DNA from: Lama guanicoe
Lineage: Eukaryota
Reading direction: 5' to 3'
DNA: 64,000 bases
Assembly: GCA_013239625.1 (NCBI GenBank)
Contig: MU056216.1
Span: forward strand, 11,256,729-11,320,728
The notes under the pieces are model-generated. The model worked only from the letters and a program-made list of their open reading frames with translations. It was not told the origin of the DNA and made no database searches. Shown piece by piece: positions 37,949-52,929 of this stretch (the stretch's first letter is position 1; every line of letters begins with the position of its first letter). A program made the position numbers and the translations under genes.

Positions 37949-38382
37949 AAGAGTTATTCTTTTGCGGTCTTACAAACTCTGCAGAACCCTTCCAAATATT
38001 TTTGAAGATAGATGTCTTGACCAGGTAGCTTCCTCCACCAACCAACACTTTTCCTTAACATTATGTTGCGCTGAATAATCACATGAGGAAAGCATTATTC
38101 TTTTATATTTAAATCATTATTAACAATACTTAAATGAGTTTAACATGTATGTACATTAATAATATATTTTAAAATTATTTTCTAGGTGCACTGCACAATA
38201 GAACTGCTGTCAGAAGACTTTGAGGAGCCTAAAAGAAAAAGTCACTGTGCTGCTTTTTCATGGTAAACATTTCTCACGTCTTATTTCCTGAAACATGTGA
38301 TATTATACTTGCCCTTTATCAAGAGGCTTTATCTTTTCAATTAACTGATTCTTCTCTCCCTTGATACTATTCTCCCCTTTTA

Positions 38383-38745
<363 letters not shown>

Positions 38746-39067
38746 TTATATTACAGACATATTTTATTGTAGAATTATATTATAGAATTAACAATGGCCA
38801 AAATGTCCAAAATATCACACCTCTTATTTCTCTTTCATTCTGACGTATTTTTAAACATTTGCTTTGATTTTTTTTTTAAACAGACCTTTGCATTTGCTTC
38901 AGATTCCATGTAAATACCTTGAACTGCTGGGTCAAATTTATATTTATTCTTACCCATGTCTAATAAGTGGCTAGCAACTATGCTCATTTTCTTGGTAGTG
39001 ATAATGAAGCAATGGAAAACTTCTATGCCTGCATTCAGTTAAGTTACAGTTAAGCTCCAGGGACTCA

Positions 39068-39259
<192 letters not shown>

Positions 39260-40455
39260 TTAGGACACAGAAGTCAAAGAGAAGGGTGCATGTGTGATGT
39301 AAACATACTTCTGACAAAGCAGTGATTCCCACCGTATTTGGAGATTTTATTTGTTTATAACTTCCCTTGCTGCTCCCTCAGGACCTGGCTGCAAAGCCTA
39401 ACCCATCTCTAGGAATGTTTCTGAGAAGTCTGCAGATGTAAATGTGAAGGAAGCTCCAGGATCTTGTAAAGGCAGCTCAGAAAACCAGCTCCCCCTAGGC
39501 TGCACTTTGTCACTCTCGTCTCAGAAATCGAAAATTCCGTTCCGTAATTATCACAGATGAGGACTGAGTCGCCGCTGCACGCATCCAGTGCGGGGAGCCA
39601 AAGTGAACACGGGTTCCCGCCTGGCTGATAAACAGTGACTTGGCTCTCACCAACACTTCCTCATTTGCAAAGCAGAAAATCAGCAAAGTCCAGGGACGGA
39701 GGCTGCCCCGTGGCTGCCCCTCCCTCTTCCTTCCCTGCCCTCCCCCAGAGCCCTTTGCCAAAGGGCTAATCTGGGTTCTAAGGACCGAGGCAATTTGAGG
39801 TTGGTTCTCCTCCATGCCCCACTCCAGCAACACGAGCCCGTGGGAAAGTCTCTCCCGTTGTTTAAATACTACCGCGTCTGTGTCCTGGCAGTTGTTTTTT
39901 GTTGGTGTTTGTTTGGTGGGTTTGGTTTAGTAATCCCTTAAATCCAACTCTGTCCAAATCTATATAATCTAAGCAAAAGGAAGATTGTTCACTCACTAGG
40001 AAATTTGAAATATTATTAACCAATAATCTCTTAACTTTTCCAGCCCCCAGGATCAAGCTCTATGGCCTTCATTACTCAAGCATTTTTTCTAGGAAGATAT
40101 ATAACATAGGATGTCACCCTTTGTCTAAAGGCCATGGACCAGCCATCACATGATTTTGGAAACCGAACATTCTGTGCTGGCTTTGAGTGTCAAACCTGTG
40201 GTCCACGAAGAGCAAGCGTTACGTCCTTGGGGAATACATTTTGAACTTAACTTTTGTGCTAACCTTATTCATCTTATTTTTCCTACTCTGCTTTTCCTGT
40301 CTCCCAAATCATTTGGGGGACACTTTAGATATAAACCACCTTATATCCTCTTTGAGAAAAGATATAAATAATCAAGTAAAACAAGCCAGCAATTTGATAC
40401 CTTGAGTTAACTTTCACATAAGCCAAATCAAGACCTTTGAGCTCATCAGACACTC

Positions 40456-40655
40456 AGGGCCACCACACTCCACAGTTGTGCTGGTTGGGCAGGTTGCGCA
40501 CTGCACAATTCTAGAGGCTGCCAATCACTTTCACGTTGTCTATGTGTATATTTCTAATGACAAACTTCTGGGAAGGATCAGTAAATTGTCTGGCGTTAAT
40601 GGTGGCTTTTTCTAAGTTTGCACAAGAGTATATTTTGGGATAGCAGCAGGGCTGA
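40456..40655. mobile_element. MER91-like hAT-Tip100 element
   Basis: CAGGGCC...GGTTGCGCACTGCACAATTCTAGAGG...TTTTTCTAAGTTTGCACAA...CAGGGCTG. Confidence 0.6.
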
Positions 40656-41967
40656 ACATGTTGCATCACAATTTTCATAACTTAACCTTGACCACATTAA
40701 GAGTCTATGTCAGAGAATTTCTTCATTTCATGGCTTTCCTTACAATTAACCAGAACTGGGTTTCAGTGCCTCCTTCCACAAGAGACACAACTGTGTACTT
40801 CTGAAGGCCACCCACAAATATTCCTTCTACCACTCCCTGTACTTTCATGAAAATGTTAAAATGGAGAGGCCTCTCATTCTTTCTTGAGATTCCTCCTGAG
40901 AGGTCGACGCAGGAGGTGTACTTGATACATCTGTGAATTACATTCTTAGAGAATTCCCTGGCTTTCTAGTCACCGTCAAGCCAAATAAGATCAGGGGCTC
41001 AGAGGCTCTAACAAGCATTGCTTGTTACAGTGCGATCTGTTCCCGGCCCCTCCTGCAGAGAAGGACATCGTGACTTTGAATGATGAAATGAGCAGGGAAT
41101 CTGAATGACTCTGAATGAGACAGCAGAGAGTCAGCTCCACAAATCCGAATGAGACGGCAGGTTTGAGGAAGTCTGTTTGGAATTTGTAGATCAATTCTTA
41201 TTCCCTTGGGCTCATTTTAAGAACGGTATTTAGAAATAAGTTTAAGACATTCTAACTCTATCACAGAGCATTATGCTCATGACTTACACCACATATCACT
41301 TGAGGAGGAGGAAGAAGTTAAAAACTGAGATATTTTGATATTGGAATTTGAGTTAATATAGTTGTTATCAGTTGGTCTGATTTCTTGGAAGAAAACGAGA
41401 AAGAGATATGTCTAAAATTGACATTTGAAGGCTATAACATGAAATATAAAAGCATCGAAATCATTTACCTTCTTTATCTTAGTTTTCTCCTTTATAAAAT
41501 GGGGAGAATCCGAGTCCTTCCTCAGGCAGGATGACCATTCATCCTAGCTAAGCCTGAGTCTCTTCCAGTTTGTACCTCTGTTGCAGCATAATTATTAACA
41601 GTACCTGCTTTCATGCTCAAAAACGTTCTCCTTTGGATGATATGCCCAGCGGGGCTGTTGGCAAATTAATGACATCAGAGCATGCCTGGCACACGTGTTT
41701 GGGATGCGGTAAACAGTAACACAGATCATCCTCTTCATCACTCCGGTCATCTTTGCAACCCCTGTAGGCTCAGAAATCACTCCCTGCTCAGACAGGAAGC
41801 ATGAAAGAAAACTCAGGAGACAGATGGCTTCAGCCGGAGGATCATTCAGGGGTTTGCTCTGCAGGCTTGTGCCGGGCTCTCGGTGGCCTAACACGGCAGG
41901 CTTCTCATTTCCAGCCTGGCACGAGCTGACGTCCACCCTGCTTTCTCCAGGCCCAGCGTCTGCCTCA

Positions 41968-42264
<297 letters not shown>

Positions 42265-45200
42265 TTAGGGAAGCAGCCATATCTTGTACCAAATGCATAA
42301 ATCCTCCTCCCTGGTCGGCAGACAGATCTGCATGCAGCCCAAAGGTGTCCGTGGTCCTGGGGGCACCTGGCACCAACGCTTGGCTCTCAGAGGCAGTCTT
42401 CACCAGATGCTGACCAGCACCGTCCACCTTGGGCTGTAAGAGTTAGTTTGAAGCTACAGGAGTGCTATGTCTCTCTGGACTGAGAATGACTTATACTCAA
42501 TCAGCGGAATTCGCTGGGTCTGCTCAGTGCAGTCATCCTGACTAACTGGTGGGTCTGAAATTTTCCTCTCCTTCTCCTCCCCTCTTCCCTTCTCTAATCC
42601 CAAGACAAACCCGTCCCCCCCCCCGCCATAGATTACGCAATCGACCAGCATTCACATGAACTGATTCACCTCTCCCTGACGGCGAGCGTGTGCAGTTGAA
42701 AAACAAAAACCAAAATAATGTTAGATTTCTGTCCAGGGCCCTATTAAATTTAGCCTCCTTGGTTTTAGTTCATTATTCCAGCCCAGGAAGAGCTTCTGGC
42801 TTTTTGACTCTGTCGTCCAGCACGTCAGCTTTCTCTCCCCACTCTACACATTTTCCAAGCAGTCTGCATCTCAACCTGCATGGTTGATAAACAAGACAGA
42901 TGCGAGCGCAAATTGGCTTCCTTCAAGAAAACGGCTAATTGTCTAACTGAGCCCAAGCTTAGAAGCCGAGTGGACCCGGGCAGGCCGAGTGGTACCCAGC
43001 AGGCTGTGGGATGTCAGCCACAGTCCCTCTTCCAGACCGCGCGGCTTCCCGTGGATGGTGCTGCTGTGCGGGCCGCACGGAGTCAATGGGATGCTTTTGC
43101 CACTATACCCCGAGCTGGCTTGTCCCGGGCGGGACGGCTCCCGCTTTTCTTTCTGGCCTGTGGTCCTTCCAGAGCCTGACATGAAAATCACCGCCTTGGG
43201 GAGCCCCCACAGCAGGGAGCTGTGGCCACACTGTCCTCTCAGCCTCCCTCCCCATCGCCCACTTCCCACAACCCACTTAGAGGGGCCAGAGCCCAGGACG
43301 GCACCCCAGGCAGGGGTCAGGAGCAGTGGAGAATATCTAACCCCCAGCCAGAAAAGCACAGCTTCTGCTCGCGGGCCTCCAGCTTGGCTTCTTGGAAATC
43401 TGTGTCATCATCTTTTTTCTGGGATTGTCAGATCTGCTTTGAGATCTTTTAAAACCTAACTCCCACAGAGCATTTAAAGTGCTTCTGCCTTCTATTTCCC
43501 CAGGCATTTAAGGTGGTCTCCACCTCCCAACCCTGGGCACCAGGAGTGGCCAGGGGGCTGGTCCCCAGGGGAGGGGACACAGGCTGGTGCATCCAGGGGA
43601 GGAGAGAGGATGCAGGGGTTGATGTTCAGGGCTGCAGGTGCAGAGGGCTGGAGTAGGGGAGAGGAGGGGCCAATGGAGAAGAGGCAGGGGACCTAGTTGC
43701 GGTGGAGGGGAATGGATGGTAAGACAGTGCAGATGGGGTGTCGCATGGTTCTTCTTATGTGCTTCCTCCACCCTCACCCTCACCAGGCGGAACAGTGCGC
43801 GCTGAGACAGGGTGGGGCAGCCCCTGAAAGGGAGTGTCGCTGTGCTCCGCATCAGCAGAGAATTTTCCTGTTCTTCTTTGTCCCAACTGACCAACTGCCA
43901 AGAGGTACTGGAGAAAGGAAGCAGAGGTGAAGGAATCAGAAAGGGAACCACCGTTTGCTGGGTTCATTCACGCTCATTCATTCATTCAACAGCATTCACT
44001 CAGCACCAATTATGTGCTGGGCATTGACATACAACTTACATATCTGAGGGGCTTAGGGCCCAGAAGATGGGGATGGAGTAACAGGGCAGTGGCACAGGGA
44101 GGGGCTCCCTTGTGCTTCCTACCCCTCTGCCATCCATCTATGCAGCTGCCAAGGACCTGGCACAGGCCGGCAAGAGTGACCTGGGAGCGGGGTGAGGAGA
44201 GGAGAGTAAGGTCTGTGGTTGCAGAGGGGTGTGGGGATGGGCAGAGGGAGAAAAGTCTTGTAGTCAAAGAGGAAGAAAAGGACAAGTCTGACTGGAGTGA
44301 ACAAAGAGATAGATGCATGATGCCAGCTGGGAGTCGGGTACCACCTGTGATCCATCCAAAGCAATTTTCACATTCTCCCACCTTGTTTATCATGGAGTTA
44401 ATTTATAGTCATTTAAGCACTTAATATTTTCCTCAAGGAGATTCCTCTTCTCTCTCAATATCCACAGTCTAACCATCATTCTCCAGCATATGCACACAGA
44501 GTGTGTGTACCGTACATCCAGAAAATCTGCAGTTTTGATTACTATTCTGACGACACAAATGACAGTGCAATCCTTGCCTCTGCCTACGAAATTGACTGAC
44601 GTCTGATTGGAAGTATCATCGGCAGGAAAAAGATAAAAATCGCAACTTGGAAATGATCACTGGTTGGGAAAATAATCAGTTTTCCCCAGAATTCTGCAGA
44701 AGGCTTTTTTGAATGCTAAGGGCTCAGAGAGCTATTTGGCCTGATCAAAGGAGGAGGACTGGGCAGGGGAGGAGGAGGGAGAATCTTCTGGATAGTCACA
44801 TATTGAGTTTAATGCATACCTATACATGCATCGCCTCTTTTGGAGTCTGAATTTAATAAGATATCCTGAATAATAAGACTATGCTCAACATAATTTAATC
44901 TTCCTTTGATGATTTAGAGGCACGTTTAGGATCTTAACGGGGCTGTAAACATCATCACAGAGCATGGCAGTTATCACTGTACCACAGATGCAGGAAAATG
45001 CTGCTCACACGAGAGCTCTGATAACAGAATTTACAGACAAGAGGCTGTGGCGAGATCCCTACTTAACTCTCAATTTAAACCAGGTCACAAATCAGAAATA
45101 CCTCCTTAATTCATCCATTCTCAGCCTCCAGTTATGGTCCAATTGTTAAACATCCCAAAATTGCAGCGAAATAAATAAATGTGAATATCCCTTTGGAATT

Positions 45201-45609
45201 CACTGGTGTGAGATTTGGATAAGTAAGTCACTAAAATACAAAGAGACTGAGGACCTAGTTGTTAAGTCTTGCAGGTCTTAAAGCACCTGACATTCAACCC
45301 CCGATTTTATTTTAAGATAAGCCTGGCCAGACTACATTAGGGACTAGTTATCTAATCTTTAATCACGCATATTTCTTAATTACGAATGCAAATACTGCTT
45401 CTGTGTCCTGGATATTTATGATATTTGCTGAAGTTATCGTTAGGGATGAGATGCAAATAGTTTAAGAGAGTTCCTTTAAACTCTCATCTCTTCATTGATT
45501 TTATCCTGGCCCCCAAATGCTGCTAGGCTGAACCTTTCTACACCTGGCTTTAATCCGAAGACTGAAAGGCAGAACAATGTGATGGAAAGCTTGGTGATTC
45601 CAGATAAGA

Positions 45610-45810
45610 TCTCATTCACGTCCTGACTGACTGGCTGTGTGAACTCGGTCCCAGAGCTGCAACTCGCCACGACCTTGAGTTACTTAACCCATCTGGACTG
45701 GTTCCCTCCTCTGTAAAAGAGATATAGCACTGTTGCCTTCTACTTGATGATTTAATGCAGTGCCAATAGCATAGATGTGCGTACTTGGGCTGATAGTAAA
45801 TACTTAACAA
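45610..45810 (+). mobile_element. MIR SINE (degenerate)
   Basis: GACCTTGAGTTACTTAACC...TTCCCTCCTCTGTAAAA. Confidence 0.55.
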
Positions 45811-46243
45811 ACATCATCAGTGTCTTTAATTCTGGCCAACTCGGCTGGCCTTAGGGTGAAGCTCTGTAAGCTTCTGACACACAACCAGCGCTGTTTTCAT
45901 GTGAGTTGCCAGGAAAGGAGGACTGTATGAGTATCTGAAAAATAAATGAGTAAGAGGTTCTCCTTCCTTGCTCCAATTTCTTTCCTCATCTTTTCAGTTT
46001 GGGAGGCTAAAGGGAACAGCTTAGCCAAGGCAATGTCTGAAAGATGAGACCAAGAAAGCACTTTGAATTTTTGCTTTTCGCAAATCAGGAGTAGCTGAAA
46101 CATCACTCACTCTTTAGGATGTCTACCCAGCATTCTCTGCAGATTTTACATCATCTCTAGCATGACTTGAAAAGCTGCTCCAAATTTCCCTGGATCCTGA
46201 CAATTTAATGTTCAAATAGGAATTCAAACCCATGGCTTCCATC

Positions 46244-46266
46244 TGTGTGTGTGTGTGTGTGTGTGT
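46244..46266. repeat. (TG)n microsatellite
   Basis: About 11 TG units. Confidence 0.95.
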
Positions 46267-46785
46267 ACGTGTACGTTCATTTTTTAAAAATATGAAGAGA
46301 GTAGCAGAGAAAAGGGGGAATATACAGGAACAGTCCTTGTGTAAAAGGCCCAGAAACTGCTTATAGCTACCATAATCCTTTGCTGTGACACTAAGCAGAA
46401 GTTTACAGGAACGTTCTGCCCTTGAGAGCACACAGGATGGCCCTGCTGTGTTTCCCGGGTTAACTCACTAGCTTTATGCAAAGCCTCCCTTTTGCTCTCC
46501 AACAATTCCTTCTGTTCACTCCCTCACCTTCTTCTTCTGCCCCTAGTCTAGTGAAATAAGCCAAATTTTCAGATTTATCACTCTCAGGTCTGTGACTCTA
46601 ATCAACAATACACACATTCATTTGTGCGATAAACATTCACTAGGCACCTACTATGTGCAGGGCACTGGGGACACAAGATGAAAAAGGAAATAGTTTTGCT
46701 TTCCTTTTTCAGAAACATATAGTCTATTGGGAAGACAGATAAGAAGATGCACCATTTCAACGTGAAATGACAGACGTATGTAAGA

Positions 46786-46953
46786 CCTTGTTGCTTAAAG
46801 TATGATCGCTGGACCAACAGCACAGGCATCACGTGGGAGCTTGTAAAACTGCAGAATCCTGAGTCCCTCTTCAATTTTATTCAGTCTAAAATCTGCATTT
46901 TAACGAGATGCTCAGGAGACATGCAAGCTTATTTAAAGTCTGAGAAGCACTGG
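46786..46953. mobile_element. MER5A-like hAT-Charlie MITE
   Basis: GGCATCACGTGGGAGCTTGT...GCAGAATC...ATCTGCATTTTAACGAGAT...AAAGTCTGAGAAGCACTG. Confidence 0.75.
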
Positions 46954-47862
46954 TATAAGATGCGGCCTCTTTCAGGGAGGGAACAAGGAAATAAGTGACT
47001 ACTTTGGAGCAAATGTTGAGAGAGGAAGTCGTATGCTCCCTCCAAAGCCAAAGGCAACTGCTTAAATCTGGCCAATCTGAGGAGTAGCAACAAAGACATC
47101 TGAATTCTGACTCTGCACCTCACTCCTGATCCATGAGGGCAAAACCTCCCACTGCTGTCCACAACTGTCTTCCTCCTCTTTCTAGAAGGCTCTCTCCATT
47201 CAGATGCGGTTCCCTCCCAGTCATCTTTCAGGCCTGCACACCCAGTTATAAGGGGCTACTTCCTCTGCCGCAGTGTGTTTTCTGGGGGAAGACAGGTTCC
47301 TTCCAGCTCCCAAACCAGTCACAGATGCTCCCTGCTGCTCCCGGGGGACAAAGGCCCTCATTTGATTGTGTAGACTATGAGAACCTTGTATTTGCTGATC
47401 CCTGTTTGAACCCTGGTCTCTGTCACCTGACCATTGTTTATTCTAGACTCTAAACTGCCAGGGAACCATGCTGTTCAATTTTCTTCTGTGGAGGAGGTGT
47501 TCAGAGCAAGAGTCTAACAATCAGACTTCAAAACCATTTGAAGTTTTGCAACACTGTTTGCTGAGACTAGGGGAGCTGACTCTTGTCAAAGGTCTAACCT
47601 ATAGCTTCAATTAATTCTGGACATTTTTACTTTTCATCCTCTGTTCTCAAATACAATATTTATCTTCTTTTAAAATCTTTGCAGACTGATTTCTAACTCA
47701 TTTCTTCCCATGGTCCCCTGCTTATGTCTTGGAATTTTCAATTCACTGAGAAAGGACAAAGAAATTTCTTGCTGAGAAATGGCTTTTCAGGCACTCAAAG
47801 CCCTCGCTATCTTTGTGTGGAAAAGCAAGTTTTTCCCAGCAGCTTTGAAGGAGGCATTTTAA

Positions 47863-47863
47863 A

Positions 47864-47922
<59 letters not shown>
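47863..47922. repeat. (TC)n followed by poly-T
   Basis: About 12 TC units, then about 35 T. Confidence 0.95.
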
Positions 47923-47925
<3 letters not shown>

Positions 47926-48117
47926 TCCTCTCCTGGCTCCATCCCCCACCACTGCCTGCTGTCTTCCCCAAAGCAAAGGCTTTCCCTTTTAATAGCTGGC
48001 CGGCTTACTCATCTCTGAATCAAACTCTAGACTGCACTGCCCGCTTCCTAGCACTCAGCTCTGCCGCACAAATTTAAGACCTGCTCGCGTCGAGCCGCCA
48101 ATCCCCCCACCCACATG

Positions 48118-48136
48118 CTGTGACCTCTGGTGGCAA
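48118..48136 (-). promoter_or_regulatory. Candidate CTCF site in MEDAG intron 1
   Basis: Minus-strand TTGCCACCAGAGGTCACAG resembles the CTCF core CCACCAGRKGGCRC. Motif match only. Confidence 0.3.
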
Positions 48137-48829
48137 GAGGCCCGCAGAATCCAGCAGTGAAGCTGCCTCCTCCTTTACCCCATCAAAGCCTGCTCCAGCC
48201 TGACTACATCCCTGGTGGCTTCTGGTCTGCTAGGAAGTGCTTCAGGCACTTTGTCCACAACAGGCATCCTGCGCACCCTTCAACCAATTAAGCTCAGCGC
48301 ACGCAAGCTCTGCCCCAGGGTCCATGGAAGCAACACTCATTGCACTTACTTTTCCAGAACTGAACTGCCCACTTGACAACCCACATGGCCCTGGGTTGGA
48401 CTTCACGGGGCTTTGGTCCCTTCTCAGCCATGGTTTATTGATTTTTTTTTTAACTAAGTGAGGCCAAAGACGGGAAACTTTAAACTTCTGTCCTTGGGTC
48501 TCCTCACTAGATAAGCGAGTATCGCACAAAGTGGAACATCCTCTCCCCTCCCCTTCCCCCCAGTCTAAAGCCAGGGTGTGAGTCTTTCCTTAGCAAAGGG
48601 TGTGCCCCAAACTGGAGCTCATCAGACCCAGTTAAGGAGCCAGAAAGGGAAAATCACCCGCCAGTTCTGTTCCCACCCTGCCCTTCCCCACGCGCCTGCC
48701 CTGATGCCCACCTGGGCGGCTCAGATGGCCGCAAAATGTCAGTGCAATGGGCAGAAAAACCAGGGCGGGGGTAGGAGGGCTATGCACCTCCAGGTGACGT
48801 TAGCAAAGAGCAAACTTTCGAAGTCTGAC

Positions 48830-49830
<1,001 letters not shown>

Positions 49831-49906
49831 TTGCCAGTATCTCCTACCCTCAGTTGTCTGCTTTTTTCCCTCCAGATCCTCCCCAGCAGCCCCCATCCCC
49901 TCCCCC

Positions 49907-49907
<1 letters not shown>

Positions 49908-49953
<46 letters not shown>
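49908..49953. repeat. 46-nt poly-C tract
   Basis: Uninterrupted C run preceded by shorter C runs. Confidence 0.9.
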
Positions 49954-50849
49954 AGCCCTTCCGTGTAGAAATCCCACTGTTCATTGTGTCACTTTTCCAT
50001 CAAGGCTTCCTGAACGTCCCATGGATTTCATCACTGCTCTATTTGCTTCTCCCGCGCGGTGGACCGCAGGCGCAGTGTGCCCAGCAGTGGGCGCAGAAAG
50101 GACCCTCCAGTCCTCTCCCTCCCCTGCCTCCGCAGAGGCTGAACCCTTGAGCCCTGGAATATGTTCACATTCAGTCTATAGATATTTGAAGGCTAGCTGT
50201 GTGCTGCTTCTGCGGACATGCCGAATGCGATGAAGTCTCCTGAGGTCTTTCCCACTCAATTTAATTGAACAACTATTTCCAAAACACCTGCTAGGAGACA
50301 GACAGTAAGCTAAATTCTGAGAAGAGTAGGATGAATAAACACACGTCCTGCCCTTGCCTAACTCACCGTCTAATAGAGGGGTGGACAAGCAGTCCAGCGG
50401 GTATAATGCACTGCATGAAAATCTCTGCTGAGGAGAAACCTGAATTTGTAAGCTGGGGAGGCCTCCTCAAGTACTGGAATTTAGGACTGACTCTAAGCTC
50501 GATCCTAAAAGTTGAGTAGAATTTAGAGAATATCTTTCATTTGTCTTCATATGCCCCTACCAGGACCCTGCTATAGGTTTAATCATGTTGAACAAAGAGT
50601 CTTTCTGTCACATCTCATTAACTCTCAGAATATAAATGAGCTCCATTCACTCCTTTCTCCAGACATGGGTCCCTTTGCCCCAGGACCCGTCCCCATGGCT
50701 GAGTCTCTCTGAACAAATCCATTTTGCCCAGCACACACTGACACTGAATCTCACCCCAAACCTGAGCTAGTCACTGCTGTGTATGAATCAGGCATCATCT
50801 TAAGTTCTGATGGCGTCAAAAAAAAAGAGAGAACCCGATCAAGATGAAA

Positions 50850-52190
50850 CCTCTAACAGATGCACAGACTAAGCCCTGTGAGAGCAGGGTCAAGTGGCTG
50901 GTCCCACCTGGGAGGCACCAGGATGTATTCTCAGAGGAGGTGACAAATGAGCTGGACTTTGAATACAGCATAGGAGCACCACCAACAAGTTGGGAGAGAC
51001 CTGAAGATCGTCATTCTAAGTGAAGTGGGCCGGAAAGAGAAGAAAAATGCCATGTGACATCACTTACATGTAGAACCTAAAAAAAAAAAATAAGGGCACA
51101 AATGAACTCCTTATTATTTATAACTTAGATGATTGATTTCTTGAATATGCGTAAGCACATTTGACTGTCCTGTATGATTGGATTACTGCATTCTGTTGAT
51201 TCTTAATTTGTGGTTGCCTTTATTCCTTTGATAACTATGTAAGTTTAAAAAGCTAAAGCTCTAATCTGTTCTTAGAAACAATGAACAGTATTCACATGCA
51301 ATATAATGTATATGTGCAGTCAAACTGTAATAATTCTAGCTAATAAAATGGAAAAAGAAAAAATAGAAAGATCAAAAAAGTAATAAAAGACAATGAACAG
51401 AAAAAAAAATTGGGAGAGAAGATTCTAGACCAATCTTGCAAAGAGAGAAAGTATGATCTTTTGGGGGAAGAGTGGAAAAGGTGTGGCCCAAGCAAAAAAT
51501 GCCTATTTAGGGTGAGAGGGTGAGTTTTGTAAGAGATGAGACCAGAAAGAGTTGTTGCCAGTTTGTGACAGACGCTCTGAGTTGTCTAAGAATTCAGTTT
51601 CTCAGGGCAATTGGGATCTCTTGAATGTCTTGAAGGAAGGAAATGTTATAATTATGCCTGAGTTAAAATAGATGCCTTCGGTTATGGTCACATAGAAGAG
51701 GTCTTGGAACAGGCAGATTGAGGCAGAGAGACCAGGTAGGACACTGATGTAAGAGTCCAGGTAAGGTATAATGAGGTTCGAAACTAGTTCACACAGCAGG
51801 TGTGGGAATGGAGATGACAGGATGCATTCGGGATATTTTTGAACAAGAGTCAGCAGGATTTCGTGAGCTGATCAACAGAAGAGGAAAGAATGAGGCAATG
51901 AAGAGGGAGACATTTAATCTCTCACTTGGGTACATAGATGGTGACAGCCGTGAATAAAGTCAAGGGTCATGGGAGGAAGTGGATTTGGGGAGGGAATAGG
52001 AGAAGTTTAGGTGGAGACATTCTGATCTGAAGCTACGTTTGGAACATCCGGGTGGAAAACCCAAGAGGGAGCTAGTTAGCTGGGTCTGGAGTTTTGGGGA
52101 GAAGACAGGGTTAACAATTGAAATTTGAAAGTCATTAGCTCAAAGACAAGGATAAAAGCTAGAGAAGTGAATGAGAGCATCTAGCTAATA
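50850..52190 (-). mobile_element. L2 interrupted by the chimeric retroposon
   Basis: GAGGAGGTGACAAATGAGCTGGACTTTGAA continues after 51419 into GAGGCAGAGAGACCAGGTAGG...GTCCAGGTAAG. Confidence 0.65.
51000..51409 (+). mobile_element. Chimeric retroposon: L1 fragment fused to a non-L1 polyadenylated sequence
   Basis: L1-like 51000-51109, unrelated AT-rich sequence with AATAAA at 51342 and 51382, A tail. TSD TTGGGAGAGA at 50990-50999 and 51410-51419. Interrupts an L2. Confidence 0.7.
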
Positions 52191-52929
52191 AGTGATGGGG
52201 TAGGAATCTGAACCCAAGCCTTTAGTTTACCTCCACAAATGTTCGTTGAGCACCTGCTGTGTTCCAGGGCCAGCAGTTTGCTGGAGATTCCGAGCTGAAT
52301 GAATGGAGGATGGTCCTGTTCTCAAGTAACTGGGAGAAATGCAGGGATCAGCACAGCTCATCTGATGGCACCACGGCCAGACTTGTTGCTGAAGTCTACT
52401 TACATTTTGCTTATAGCATGTCTCTGATCTACTGGTGGAGTACATGCCGAGAACAACAACTGCTCCAGAAAGAAGTTGCTTTCCCAATTACAAGGTCAAT
52501 GAGGGCAGGTCCACTGCAGAGCCCCACCCAGCTCCACATGGACCAAGCTCAATACTGTTTGATCACCCTTAATTCTGCACTGTTTGTGGATGATTTGGCT
52601 TTGTTGAGGGGTGAAATCTAACCAAGTTCTACGTCAGAGTTATATGCACTTGGTTAAAATGAACATAATGGCCCCTCCCATCAAAATCTGGTTCTGTTGC
52701 AGTGAAGTATCAACACTTATCACTTGCATAGAAGAATTAAAATGAGCTTTTTCTTTGCCTTTCTATAGTTCCCTGATTTTGCAATTTTCCTGCATTTTCC
52801 AAATGGAAAAATGATGTTGAACATTATTTTAAAAAAACATTTTAAAGATGCTTTCCTGTGATGTGTTATCTAGAGGTTTCATTTGATGCATTTTCAATAA
52901 AACACCTGTATTTCTTTGTGGATAATTTA

